From Bdellovibrionia bacterium (GTDB lineage: Bacteria > Bdellovibrionota > UBA1018): a stretch of DNA of 25,317 bases. Made by a program: the position numbers and the translations under genes. Shown here one piece after another: positions 15,977 to 25,317 of the stretch. Numbering within the stretch: position 1 is the first letter of the stretch; the number at the start of each line of letters is the position of its first letter. Below the pieces are notes generated by a model that saw only the letters and a list, made by a program, of their open reading frames with translations, did no database searches and was not told the DNA's origin. Where the stretch lies: positions 1 through 25,317 of the forward strand of contig JBJMMA010000134.1 in NCBI GenBank assembly GCA_045805065.1, written 5' to 3'.

Positions 15977-16005
15977 GGTTTACTGGACCGGTAAGGTGAA
16001 GTCAA
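15977..16005 (-). promoter_or_regulatory. Possible sigma70 promoter of rplM-rpsI
   Basis: Minus strand reads TTGACT-N17-TAAACC. The -35 is good and the -10 is imperfect. Confidence 0.4.
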
Positions 16006-16306
16006 CGCTCATTTTCGCGATACGTTGAATCTTCACTCAGTTTTTCTCAAAACACCTGACGCAAAGCAGGTGTGCGTTCGTCGGAAAACACTCGTAAGGC
16101 CGTTAGGTCCTAAAACCGCCCCGTTTTGCTTGTCCAACGTGTCGTGTTTAGTAACATCGAATCCTTTGCCGATCATCAGAAAACGTAGTGGCAGGGCCGC
16201 CTCGACAGATAAAAGCCTCAATGCCCTAAAATGTTTTAGGACCTCACCTCCCCTAAATAGGGCCGATGAAGTCCTGTAATTGCTTAATATTTAAGAAATA
16301 TTTGCT

Positions 16307-16918
16307 TTAGGGTGTGGCCGTTTCGTCCACGATCCCACCAAAGTCCGTCGTCCAATACCATCCATAGGCGGAAGACGTGTTTTGAACCCGGGCGATCCCG
16401 ATCACCTTATAATTGGACCCCAGCATATTTGCGTTATGACCCGGGGAGTTTTTCCACTGTGTAAAGGTGGCCTGTGCCGTAGCGTTTCCGCCCGCAATGT
16501 TCTCGCCCCACCAGTAAGAGGTGTCGTATCCGAAAAGCTCCATTCTTGCTGATGGATCCCGACCCTGAGTATCGGTGTGGCTGAAATTACCGGTGGTTGC
16601 CATATCCGTGCTCATCCAGTCGGAGGCTTTCGTAAGAGCAATGGAGATTTGAAGTGGGTTCAGGCCATTTTGAGCGCGATAGGCATTGATCAGACCGAAG
16701 AACGCGATTTCTTCAGCATCCAGCGCGGCGGTACCCGTGAGCGCTCCTGAATTATCAGAAGGTAAAGTTCCAATCGGCACTCCCGATTGAACTGAAGACG
16801 GTGCGCTCACTTGAGCACCTGGTCCTCCTGTCGTTGAGGAATCACAAGAAACCATCAAAACTGCCGCAAAAGACACACTTGTCCATACCGCCCAACTTTT
16901 GAAGTCGCGACAACGCAT
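16307..16918 (-). CDS. CAP/SCP-domain protein, probable lipoprotein
   Basis: LINAYRAQNGL, FSHT, GENIAGG, WKNSPGHNANML and YWTTDFG motifs. Lipobox-like LMVSC. GGAGG RBS. Confidence 0.92.
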   Translation of the reverse strand: MRCRDFKSWAVWTSVSFAAVLMVSCDSSTTGGPGAQVSAPSSVQSGVPIGTLPSDNSGALTGTAALDAEEIAFFGLINAYRAQNGLNPLQISIALTKASDWMSTDMATTGNFSHTDTQGRDPSARMELFGYDTSYWWGENIAGGNATAQATFTQWKNSPGHNANMLGSNYKVIGIARVQNTSSAYGWYWTTDFGGIVDETATP

Positions 16919-16997
16919 CGGTAGAAAAAACCTCCGTCATTCTAATTTTTAGAGAGTAAGTAAATAAGAATACGGGCGGGCGCTTGCAATAGTTTCG

Positions 16998-19688
16998 TTA
17001 CAAAACACCAATGGAGAAATAAAACTGATTGGTGTCCTCACCCGGAAGCGGATTGAGCTTGAAGCCCCAATCGAGATTCACAGGACCCACTGGCGTCAGA
17101 TAGTGGAAACCAAAACCGGAGCCATATCTCAGGCCTCCGAACGAGAAAGAGTCGACGCGAAGATTTGCGGCATCCAGGAATGGGCCCACGCGCAGACCGC
17201 CTGAGATCGGCACGTCGAGCTGGGTGCGGTAGTTGACGTACGAGAGACTTCCTTTGATGACGGTGTTCTGGGTATTGAGCTCTTGTTCACTGAATCCACG
17301 CAAGCTCCCTACCCCGCCCAGGGCGAATTGCTTGATCAGCGGAATGGAACCATACGCATCCAGTCCATCGCGAGAAACCGTACTTTTTTCAAAGCCAGTC
17401 CGGATACTCATGAACAAGCTCATCATGGGCGCCAATGGAAAAGTATAATCCGTGCGGGTCTGGAATCTGAAGTATCCGATCGGAGAAGGAGCCCGCTGCG
17501 AAAGCAGTGTCGGATCGGCATACTCAAACGACATCTGCGAGAAAAGTCCGCTTGTTGGCGCCAGAGGGTTATCTCGCATGTCCAGACGCAATGCCGGAGT
17601 CAGAGAACCGATCGTGAAAAATCCGTTGTCGATGTCGCGCTCTTTAGGCGCGTTGAATTGATGCACACGCTCCAGGTTATAGCTGAAAAGCGCGGTGACA
17701 TTGGGAGCTCTGAGCAGCTTCTTCTCCCAATTGAGACCCAGCTCCGCCGTGACGGCATCGAAGTTGCGATACTCGGTACCCGAAAAGCTCAATGCAGGCC
17801 GGAAGTTCACGTCCCAACCCATGAACCATGGCCAGGCGTAGGAAGCCTGCGCCTGATATTCCGTAAAACGGAAGGTATGGTCGATGCGGCGATTGGCAGA
17901 TGCGTTCAGGAAAACGCTGTGGTTGATTCCCCAGAGGTTCGTGTAACCAAATTCCGTGAATCCCCGGATGCCCAGGTCATTTCGAAACCCGGGTCCGCCT
18001 GCAATGATTCCAGGGTCGGCTTCCTCCACCTGCACTTTGACGATTTTGTGATCAGCGGAGTCGGGATCATCTTGTGTGGTGACTTTGACGATCGAGAAGA
18101 TGCCAAGCTTTCTCAAGGCCGTCTCAGACTCCGCCAGGCGAGGCTCTTCCAGAACATCTCCCTCGTGGAGAGTCAGCTCTCGATGAAGAATCTTCTCCTC
18201 GGTCTTTTTTCTGCCTTCGATCAGGATCCTGCTGACTTTGAACTGAGTACCTTCATGCAGGTCGAGGTGAACGGTGGCTACGCGGTTTTCATCCGAATAT
18301 CGAATCAGCTTGTCCGTGCCTTCGTTATCAATTCCGATCGATAGATAGCCTTTTTTCCTGTAGGCGACTTTAAGCTTTTCCAGGCCTTCGCTGAACGCAA
18401 AGATATTGAGCGGAGCCCCTTCTTTCAGGCCAAGCATCTTCTCAACGTCATTTTGAGAAAAGACCGTCGCGCCTGTCAGCTGGATCGACTGGACAAGAGT
18501 TTGATCGGACTCATAAAGATAGATGACGAGCTTCACCCGAGTATTGCGCTCATCCTCGCGCGCACGGGAAACATAGGACTTGTTGATCGTCACAAGCTTT
18601 GCGCCCAGGTAACCCTTGGACTTCATCCATTCAACCAAAAGCTCCGCGCCGTGCTGAACGTCTTTTTCGACATACCAGCCCCGTTGAACCATATTAGGAG
18701 CAACCTCGTTGAAACGCTCCTTGAGCTCGCCGGATGAGAAAACAGTGTTTCCATCAAACTCGACTGAGTCGATGCTGACGCGCTTTCCCTCGTTGATCCG
18801 ATAGGTCACGTGTTTTTCGTCCGTGTGAGGACTTTCAAAAGAATACGACTCGACGGATACCTGGGCATAACCCAGAGAGCGATACTCTTCTTCGATTCGG
18901 GCTTTGATCACGCTGACAAAGTCGCGCCCAAGTCCGAGCGTTCGCTGCTGGTCCACGATCGTCGTCAGCTGTGAGGATGAGAGAACCTGGTTTCCACGGA
19001 AACCGAAACTCACCCTGTCGCCGAGTTTCACGACTGCCTGAAGCTTGACCCACTTTGCTGCCTTGTCTTTTGATCCCGCATAGGAAGCTGGCGCATCGAC
19101 AGTTTCAACACGCACATCTTCAACACGTGCGCCGATGTATTCCTGATTGAGCAAGATGTCCTGAAGCGAGCGCTTCATCGAGGTGATCTTTTCCTCGGCA
19201 AGAACATCGCCGGTTTGGATGCGTGAAACAGCCATCAGTGCGCGTTGGACTTTTTTCCAAGCCTCCCGGGCGCCAGGCGTCGCAGGCTCAGTCTCGGGGC
19301 TGATGGCGACTTCCGCGATTCGAGTCGGACTCCCCTCTTTGATCTGGATCTCCAACACTCCCTTTGGAAGAAGACGAGTGTCGATCAAAACCTTTTCATA
19401 TCCATGGGTGCGGTAAAGACTTTGAATGTTCTCTGCGGTACGAACCACCTTGGCGCGATCGAGTACATCGCCAGGGCCGATTTCCATCGTGTTCTCAATG
19501 GCGTCGGCCTGGAATACGGTGACCCCGGTCACCTCCACCTGCGTGAGCCGGGTCACGGACTCAGCTGCAGCTGCCGGACGAGACTTCATCAAAAGCCCCG
19601 TACTGAACGCACAGAGCATTGGCGCTGTCCAACTCAAGCTGCCCCAACTCAAGCTGCCAAGGATGAGGATGCCAATCGTCCGTCTCAC
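16998..19688 (-). CDS. Omp85-family outer membrane protein (TamA/BamA-like) with several POTRA domains
   Basis: Repeated POTRA patterns (IQSLYRTHGY, YRSLGY, YRKKGY, LRKLGIF), GGVGSLRGF (VRGF-like) loop, YLTPVGPVNLDWG and the C-terminus FYFSIGVL. The GTG start overlaps the tamB stop. Confidence 0.93.
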   Translation of the reverse strand: MRRTIGILILGSLSWGSLSWTAPMLCAFSTGLLMKSRPAAAAESVTRLTQVEVTGVTVFQADAIENTMEIGPGDVLDRAKVVRTAENIQSLYRTHGYEKVLIDTRLLPKGVLEIQIKEGSPTRIAEVAISPETEPATPGAREAWKKVQRALMAVSRIQTGDVLAEEKITSMKRSLQDILLNQEYIGARVEDVRVETVDAPASYAGSKDKAAKWVKLQAVVKLGDRVSFGFRGNQVLSSSQLTTIVDQQRTLGLGRDFVSVIKARIEEEYRSLGYAQVSVESYSFESPHTDEKHVTYRINEGKRVSIDSVEFDGNTVFSSGELKERFNEVAPNMVQRGWYVEKDVQHGAELLVEWMKSKGYLGAKLVTINKSYVSRAREDERNTRVKLVIYLYESDQTLVQSIQLTGATVFSQNDVEKMLGLKEGAPLNIFAFSEGLEKLKVAYRKKGYLSIGIDNEGTDKLIRYSDENRVATVHLDLHEGTQFKVSRILIEGRKKTEEKILHRELTLHEGDVLEEPRLAESETALRKLGIFSIVKVTTQDDPDSADHKIVKVQVEEADPGIIAGGPGFRNDLGIRGFTEFGYTNLWGINHSVFLNASANRRIDHTFRFTEYQAQASYAWPWFMGWDVNFRPALSFSGTEYRNFDAVTAELGLNWEKKLLRAPNVTALFSYNLERVHQFNAPKERDIDNGFFTIGSLTPALRLDMRDNPLAPTSGLFSQMSFEYADPTLLSQRAPSPIGYFRFQTRTDYTFPLAPMMSLFMSIRTGFEKSTVSRDGLDAYGSIPLIKQFALGGVGSLRGFSEQELNTQNTVIKGSLSYVNYRTQLDVPISGGLRVGPFLDAANLRVDSFSFGGLRYGSGFGFHYLTPVGPVNLDWGFKLNPLPGEDTNQFYFSIGVL
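19629..19658. repeat. Perfect 15-bp tandem duplication in the Omp85 signal-peptide region
   Basis: CCAACTCAAGCTGCC x2, encoding GSLSW-GSLSW. Confidence 0.9.
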
Positions 19689-22600
19689 TTAAACCTCTTT
19701 TGAAGCTTAAGGTCGAGGCCGTACGAATAAGAAGTGTTTTTTTCCTGGGTGCTGTCGATCGACTCGTAGTTGTCCCAGACGCCGATGACCGAGAACCCTG
19801 GCGACACTTTCATCTCAGCATTGATCTGCCGCTCGCTTGCGGTTCCGACGCCGACAGTGCTTCCATAGGAGATATCGAGATTTTTAGTAAGCTGTTTCTT
19901 GATCACGATACGAGGCGCGGTGGTCGCATCATTTGAGTTCTGTCTTTGGAAAACGCTGGAACCGACTTGAGTATTGGTCGACTCATCCAGGTGGATCTGA
20001 ATCCCCGTCTTGTCCTGAACTTCGCGATTGAAATCCAGTGAGTGCAGAAGCAAAGAAGCAGCTTCGCCCGACTCCACCGTGGAGCGATCCGCGCTGCTCA
20101 TGCGCTTGGTTTCGTTAGGTGTGATTCCCAAAGCCAAAAGCGAAAGAATATCCGTCTCCGACATGACAGGTGTCGAGGACAGCTCAATCTTGTAATCATC
20201 CATTGTTCCGGAGGCGTAGAGCTGAATCTTCACGCCGTTGAGATCCGTCTTTGCAGCCAGATTGAACTTGGGGTTGATGACTGTCGGGTTATCAAAAAGG
20301 CCGCTCGCCGATTGGATCTGGAAAACGCGATCCTTGAAGATCATCTTTCCTTGTACCAGCTCAGCACTTCCTAAAAGTCTTGGGGCCTCAAGCGTATTCA
20401 CCAGCGTGACTTTTGCTTTAAGCTCAGCATCAAAGAGGTCGTTCTGAACCAGAATCCCCTTCTCCGCCACGGCATCGATCTTGAGCTTGAATTTCGGATA
20501 GTCACTTTGACGCTGCGAGGTCGGCGGAGGCGTGTATTGCACGGCCTTGAGTCCCGTGGCCTGCTTTTGCTGAAGGACTTTTTCGCGTGAGAGCGCTGAC
20601 TCAACGTCAAACTTTCCTTCCACTAGGTAAGGCAGATGATCACCGGTCACGGACATGCTGCCTTTGACCTTTGCGTACTGGAAAGGAAAGAACCGCAGCT
20701 TGTTGCCACTGAGATCGCCTTTCAGCGAGATCAGAGGATAGCGATCCGCAAATAGCAGAATCGTTCCGGAAGCGCTTGCGCGTCCGCCGGCAAGATCTCC
20801 CTCAAGACCTTGGACATAAACCGCGTTCTGACGGATCTGAAATGCGCCTGTGACGTTCTCAAACGGGCTTTCAAGACCTTGAACCCAGACGGTTGCGCTC
20901 TGCGGGCGGGCTTCGCCTGTCAGCGTAGGTGCCTTGAGGTTTCCGCCAATTTTGAAATCCAGATCCGCGGAGCCTGCGGCTCGTTGCACGGCAGAGGTCA
21001 CAAACTCAGCCAGAGAGACGTCGACATTACCGCTTATCCGTCCGTTCAATTCTGATTTCGTTCCACTCAGATGAACCAGAGCTTCGCTGTTTCGGGAAGG
21101 ATTGGATGCCGAGCTCAGAATTCTCAGCTTCGGCAGCTCAAACGTACCATCGTTCACTTTGAAACTCACCGGCTCACCGAGCTGGAACTTCGTTCCGGCT
21201 TTAGCCAGGACGTACTCGTTGATGGAAACGTCGCCATCCGCGCGCTCGATCTGACCTGAGCTGAAGGAGAGACGAACCGCGCCTGAGGCAAATCCCTGAA
21301 GCTGAGGATCGGTGATGCTTTTTGGATTCAATAAAAGCAGCATCGGAGAGAAGTCCAGGTGCCTGAGCTCGGCATTGATCCGGCTCGTATGCGTCGGATT
21401 GAAATCATAGACCGCGTCGAGCTCGCCCTGATTTCCAAGGAGCGTTCCGCGGGCGCGATGCACGCCTCCGGAGGTCACAAGAGTCAGCTGACTTGGCGGC
21501 ATCGGCACGCCGCGAACGAGGAGGTCATTCATCAGTGCACGGGAGTTGGACTGAATGTTTCCCAACTTTCCTTGGCCCGTGCTGTCGATCTGGATCTTTC
21601 CGCGGATCGGAACATCCAATTGCGCGATGTGATCCAGATCGCTCACTGTGAACTGGGAAGTATGAAGATCCCAGTCGAAGTTATCGTTGTCGTACTCGAT
21701 CCGAGCCGTGATTCTGCCGTTATGCTTCGTGGCCTTAAAATCGCTGACATAATATTTGCCGCGATTATAACCACCCAGCATCGAAACTTTCGCGAAGCGC
21801 TCGCCCAGCAGGTCCCAGGAGTTTCCGTTCAGGCGCCCCAGGATCTGAAGCTCTTTCAGATCGATTCCCCCATCAATATCAAGCTCGCCCGTGAAGGGTC
21901 CGGAGAGCGACTGCGGGAACCACCAGAGATCTTTGGTAAGCTCAGCGAAGATCTGGGTGAAATCCTGGATATTGCCCTTGGTGATATTGGCCTTGAGAGC
22001 GATCGAATCTGCTTTGCCAAGATCCAATTTTCCATCAACGCCGTATTCAGTGACGCCCTTCACGGCACTCATCTTGTGCAGAAGAAGATAGTTGTGGTCG
22101 TCATCCCAGGTGATACGGCCTTTGATGTCGCCCAGGTTCAGATGAATGTAATAAGCGTTCTTCGCATCCACATCAACATCAACAAAAAGGTTCTGCGCGG
22201 GTCCATGAACATGAACCGCAACCTGCCCCTCGCCACGAATCGTGTTCTCAGCGACTTCTCCCAGATCCTCCAGGTTTGCCGCGCCGGAGCCGTAGAGATC
22301 AAATCCCTTTTCAAAATGGATCCCACCGGCAAGCTTGAGCTTGGTGCGGGCCATCTCCAAGGTGATTCCTTCAGGGTGAATGCCCGCGCCATCGATAGCC
22401 AGAGGGCCCTCAAGCAAGAACGATGGAATTTTGAAGATCCGATGCTGGGGGCGATTCTGCGTGAGCTTTTGGTTGTCCAAGAGGAAATCTTCGATCTTGA
22501 GCTTGAGCTGCGCCTTGAGCGAAAATGGCTTCTTTGGAGCTGGCGGCGCAATCCATGCTTCGATCGGTCCACTTGCCTTGAACAAAAGCGGGAACACGGG

Positions 22601-23848
22601 ATTCAGGTCTGGTAAGCCCAGCGCTGCCAGCCATTGAATATTGGCTTTCTCAAGATTCAGCTTCACTTTGACCGGATCCGAAGAGCCGATCTTCATTTTC
22701 AGCGCACCGACTTCGACTCGACCGCCACTGGCCGCATGACCTGGCGCGCGCAAGCTTTCGCTGGCCAGGATCACGGCCTTCTCAAGATCAATCTCGCCGC
22801 CCGTGGTTGAAGATGTCCAGGTTCCCGAGGCCTTGATTTCATCGGCATGAAATTTTCTGAACTGAAAATCTTTGGCCGCGAACTCTCCCTGGAGCTTGAG
22901 CGTTTCCAAGGCTTTCATCAGATTGCCGCGAACGCGACCCGTGAACAAAGCGCTGCCGGAAATCTGTGGTGCACTCTTGAGAGAACTGCCTGTCCCGGGA
23001 GAGATGGCAGAAGCAATCAGCCCGATGTCCGCTTGGGAGGAGAGATCTGCTTCAAGGCTCAGACCATCTTTTGGATTTTGAAGATTGCCACGGACCATGC
23101 CGTCGCCCTGGACTTCAAGGCCCTTGGCACGCAAGTGAACGCTATCGAGCTGTACGCCGAGCGCATTGATATGCGCAGTAGCCTGAAGGCTATCCAGAGA
23201 CTTGAGAGCCGGTGCGGAATTCAGGATCGATCCACCCAGTCCGGTCAGATCTGCTTTGAACTCGTAGCCAAGCCCCCCTCTTCCCATCCATTGACCCAGC
23301 CTCAGGTTCTTGACCTGAAGCTCCACGGAGTTTCCTGTGCCAATCCACTCCACACGTGCCTTGCTGTCCTGAATGACCACTGCTTCAGCATGCACCTGGA
23401 ACAATTCGTCCCAATGAAACTTCGGTACCAGCATCTGCTTGAGGACGCCTGGCTTTTTGACCTTAGGCTCAGACTCTTCCTGAACGAGCAAGTTCACGTC
23501 ACCGCCCACGATCACAAGCTCATGAACGCGTACGTCGCCTGTGAACATCTGCAAAGGACGGAAATCAAAATCGATTCGCTCCGCCTTCACTGAGGATCCG
23601 ACCGGAAGCTTCAGGATGTTTCGCTCTCTGAGAGTGATGTGAGGGTTTTTGAGCGAAAGACCCGGAGGATACATCTTGATCGCGAACTCGGAAAAGTCGG
23701 CATCAATCCCCATGTCCTTGGGCAGATACTTGGCGACCACGCCCTTGAACACGTGAGCAAAGGTCTTGCTCTGAATAAAGAGCATTGCGCTTGTAACCAG
23801 CACGAAGACGATGCAAACGAAGATGAGAAACGGGCTCGGCTTTTTCAC
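19685..23848 (-). CDS. tamB: Translocation/assembly module TamB (DUF490) / AsmA-like protein
   Basis: N-terminal TM anchor, long beta-rich body and a C-terminal DUF490-like segment (INPKFNL...LSSTPVMSETDILSLLALG...LDLKLQKRFK). It is adjacent to the Omp85 gene. Confidence 0.9.
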   Translation of the reverse strand: MKKPSPFLIFVCIVFVLVTSAMLFIQSKTFAHVFKGVVAKYLPKDMGIDADFSEFAIKMYPPGLSLKNPHITLRERNILKLPVGSSVKAERIDFDFRPLQMFTGDVRVHELVIVGGDVNLLVQEESEPKVKKPGVLKQMLVPKFHWDELFQVHAEAVVIQDSKARVEWIGTGNSVELQVKNLRLGQWMGRGGLGYEFKADLTGLGGSILNSAPALKSLDSLQATAHINALGVQLDSVHLRAKGLEVQGDGMVRGNLQNPKDGLSLEADLSSQADIGLIASAISPGTGSSLKSAPQISGSALFTGRVRGNLMKALETLKLQGEFAAKDFQFRKFHADEIKASGTWTSSTTGGEIDLEKAVILASESLRAPGHAASGGRVEVGALKMKIGSSDPVKVKLNLEKANIQWLAALGLPDLNPVFPLLFKASGPIEAWIAPPAPKKPFSLKAQLKLKIEDFLLDNQKLTQNRPQHRIFKIPSFLLEGPLAIDGAGIHPEGITLEMARTKLKLAGGIHFEKGFDLYGSGAANLEDLGEVAENTIRGEGQVAVHVHGPAQNLFVDVDVDAKNAYYIHLNLGDIKGRITWDDDHNYLLLHKMSAVKGVTEYGVDGKLDLGKADSIALKANITKGNIQDFTQIFAELTKDLWWFPQSLSGPFTGELDIDGGIDLKELQILGRLNGNSWDLLGERFAKVSMLGGYNRGKYYVSDFKATKHNGRITARIEYDNDNFDWDLHTSQFTVSDLDHIAQLDVPIRGKIQIDSTGQGKLGNIQSNSRALMNDLLVRGVPMPPSQLTLVTSGGVHRARGTLLGNQGELDAVYDFNPTHTSRINAELRHLDFSPMLLLLNPKSITDPQLQGFASGAVRLSFSSGQIERADGDVSINEYVLAKAGTKFQLGEPVSFKVNDGTFELPKLRILSSASNPSRNSEALVHLSGTKSELNGRISGNVDVSLAEFVTSAVQRAAGSADLDFKIGGNLKAPTLTGEARPQSATVWVQGLESPFENVTGAFQIRQNAVYVQGLEGDLAGGRASASGTILLFADRYPLISLKGDLSGNKLRFFPFQYAKVKGSMSVTGDHLPYLVEGKFDVESALSREKVLQQKQATGLKAVQYTPPPTSQRQSDYPKFKLKIDAVAEKGILVQNDLFDAELKAKVTLVNTLEAPRLLGSAELVQGKMIFKDRVFQIQSASGLFDNPTVINPKFNLAAKTDLNGVKIQLYASGTMDDYKIELSSTPVMSETDILSLLALGITPNETKRMSSADRSTVESGEAASLLLHSLDFNREVQDKTGIQIHLDESTNTQVGSSVFQRQNSNDATTAPRIVIKKQLTKNLDISYGSTVGVGTASERQINAEMKVSPGFSVIGVWDNYESIDSTQEKNTSYSYGLDLKLQKRFK

Positions 23849-24702
23849 GCGATCGGTTTTCTCAATCGTTCTTGGATGTCTCGGTATCGCGGATCCAGAT
23901 CACGAACCTTTGCAAACCAGGGAAGCGCAGCCTTGCGATCTCCCGACTGTTCAAAGGCGATGCCCATGAGGTAAAAAAACTCGACCTTATCCTGAGGCGC
24001 GATCTCGGCGTCACGAGCAATGGCGTGCAGCAGGTGGATCGCATCATAAGGGCGCTGAGCCAGCAAAAAAGCGCGCGCAAGAAGCGCGGTTGCAGAGATC
24101 TTCTGCAGAAGATCCGGCGTATCGCTTCGCTCGATTTGCTCAAGTGCCGCATGCAGATGCGAGACCGCCTGCTCGTAAAGGCCCATCTCGATGAAAGCAA
24201 TTCCAAGATCGATTCGATCGCTCTCGCTCGTGCCTTTCACATCCGCTTGTACCGTGACGGCTGGATTCTCGCGATTAGTCTCGCTTAATCCCAGATCTTC
24301 CTCGAGCTCGCGAAGAACTTCTTCCCCGGTGATCTGAGGCGAGCGCGCACCCTTCCCTTTGCGCTCAAAAAGTTGCGGACGCTTGACGGCAGTGTCGCGA
24401 TCGGCGAGCAAATCATTCATCTCACGATCCAGGATCTGCTGAAGATGTTGTCGCGCAGGACCGTGCTTGGGATCACTGATCAGGATTTTTCGAAAAAGCT
24501 TTTTTGCATCTTCGATGAATCCTTCATTGGCCAGAATCTTAGCGTTCTGAAATTGGTCATCGGTCGTATGACCGGAAAGCTTGTCATTCGACTCAGTCTC
24601 ACGGGGCGCAATAATGCTTGCTCCGATCAAGTCGTCGCCTAAGTCGACGCGGGTCGAATCGCCACTCTGCTTCTTATTTTTCTTGGAGTGATCATTTCCC
24701 AC
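23845..24702 (-). CDS. Tetratricopeptide-repeat protein (Bd2492/SgmX-like by synteny)
   Basis: TPR helices DLGIAFIEMGLYEQA and YLMGIAFEQSGDRKAALPWFAKVRDLDPRYRDI. The stop overlaps the tamB GTG start. Confidence 0.85.
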   Translation of the reverse strand: MGNDHSKKNKKQSGDSTRVDLGDDLIGASIIAPRETESNDKLSGHTTDDQFQNAKILANEGFIEDAKKLFRKILISDPKHGPARQHLQQILDREMNDLLADRDTAVKRPQLFERKGKGARSPQITGEEVLRELEEDLGLSETNRENPAVTVQADVKGTSESDRIDLGIAFIEMGLYEQAVSHLHAALEQIERSDTPDLLQKISATALLARAFLLAQRPYDAIHLLHAIARDAEIAPQDKVEFFYLMGIAFEQSGDRKAALPWFAKVRDLDPRYRDIQERLRKPIA

Positions 24703-24844
24703 AACTCTTTGATTGTAATGAGTTTCCTTGGGAAAGTTAAATAAAACCCGGCGGACTAAAACGTTCTATCTGATTTGGTCGAATCCTATTAAACAACGAT
24801 TCTGTAATCAGCCGCCGGGTGGAAAATCTTGCCTAGTCCGAAGA

Positions 24845-25317
24845 TTATTCGTACTTGGGCATGAACTCTTCAAGGAAGTGGGTATCGTAGTCGGAATCAC
24901 GGAACTTCTTCGAAGCCATGATCTTCTTGTGGAACGGAATATTGGTCTTAATTCCTTCCACGACGAACTCTTCCAGGGCTTGGCGCATCTTGGCAATGGC
25001 TTCAAGACGAGTTGGCGCGTGAACAATCAGCTTTCCGACCATCGAATCGTAGAATGGCACGACTTTGTACTGGTCATACACGAACGAATCGATACGAACG
25101 CCCAGGCCTCCCGGGACATGAAGTCCGGTGATTTTGCCCGGAGACGGAGCAAAAGTATCAGGATCTTCGGCATTGATACGGCATTCGATCGCGTGGGACC
25201 GAATTTTTATATCAGATTGCTTGATCGTCAATTTATGGCCGGCCGCTGACTTGATCTGCTCTTTAATCAAATCAACTCCTGTGACCATTTCAGTCACAGG
25301 GTGCTCGACCTGGATAC
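24845..25317 (-). CDS. accC: Acetyl-CoA carboxylase biotin carboxylase subunit, 3' part (5' end outside the window)
   Basis: The frame is open from the window edge: [51 protein letters not shown] and GIKTNIPFH. Confidence 0.95.
   Translation of the reverse strand, partial: IQVEHPVTEMVTGVDLIKEQIKSAAGHKLTIKQSDIKIRSHAIECRINAEDPDTFAPSPGKITGLHVPGGLGVRIDSFVYDQYKVVPFYDSMVGKLIVHAPTRLEAIAKMRQALEEFVVEGIKTNIPFHKKIMASKKFRDSDYDTHFLEEFMPKYE

Noticed and set aside
16025..16279. Short ORFs on both strands and GCCGAT motifs in the rplM-CAP intergenic gap
   Set aside because: There is no RBS or recognisable product. The GCCGATGA near 16262 lacks a convincing -35 and points antisense into the CAP gene.
17283..23593. 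Long antisense ORFs (17283-18344, 21359-22615, 22847-23593; likewise 8999-9835)
   Set aside because: They lie fully opposite well-supported genes. Such stop-poor antisense frames are expected from codon bias, and they carry no motifs.

Overview
Chromosomal window that looks like a Bdellovibrionota/Oligoflexia-type (deltaproteobacteria-like) organism. This is inferred from the accC-TPR-tamB-tamA synteny, a PopA/TIGR04551-like outer-membrane barrel, and sigma28 and sigma54 promoter matches. Genes, left to right: an edge-truncated signal-peptide protein with class II nucleotidyltransferase motifs (absent from the ORF track), an OM beta-barrel, a class A PBP, a Cache-domain MCP, a CHASE2 histidine kinase plus sigma54 response regulator, a parvulin PPIase, a QEGLA/DUF1704 metallopeptidase-like protein, an orphan, rpsI-rplM, a CAP lipoprotein, TamA/BamA, TamB, a TPR protein and the 3' part of accC. 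The most unusual signal is non-coding. Four copies of a 115-150 bp hairpin element sit as two inverted pairs (1016-1348 and 5621-5990). Each copy has a conserved 53-54 nt two-eared core (two CA-TCC-TG-type stem-loops with compensatory changes) on a 31-47 bp near-perfect stem. The stem sequence has diverged strongly between copies while staying paired within each copy. All alignments and counts were done by eye; no database searches were run.
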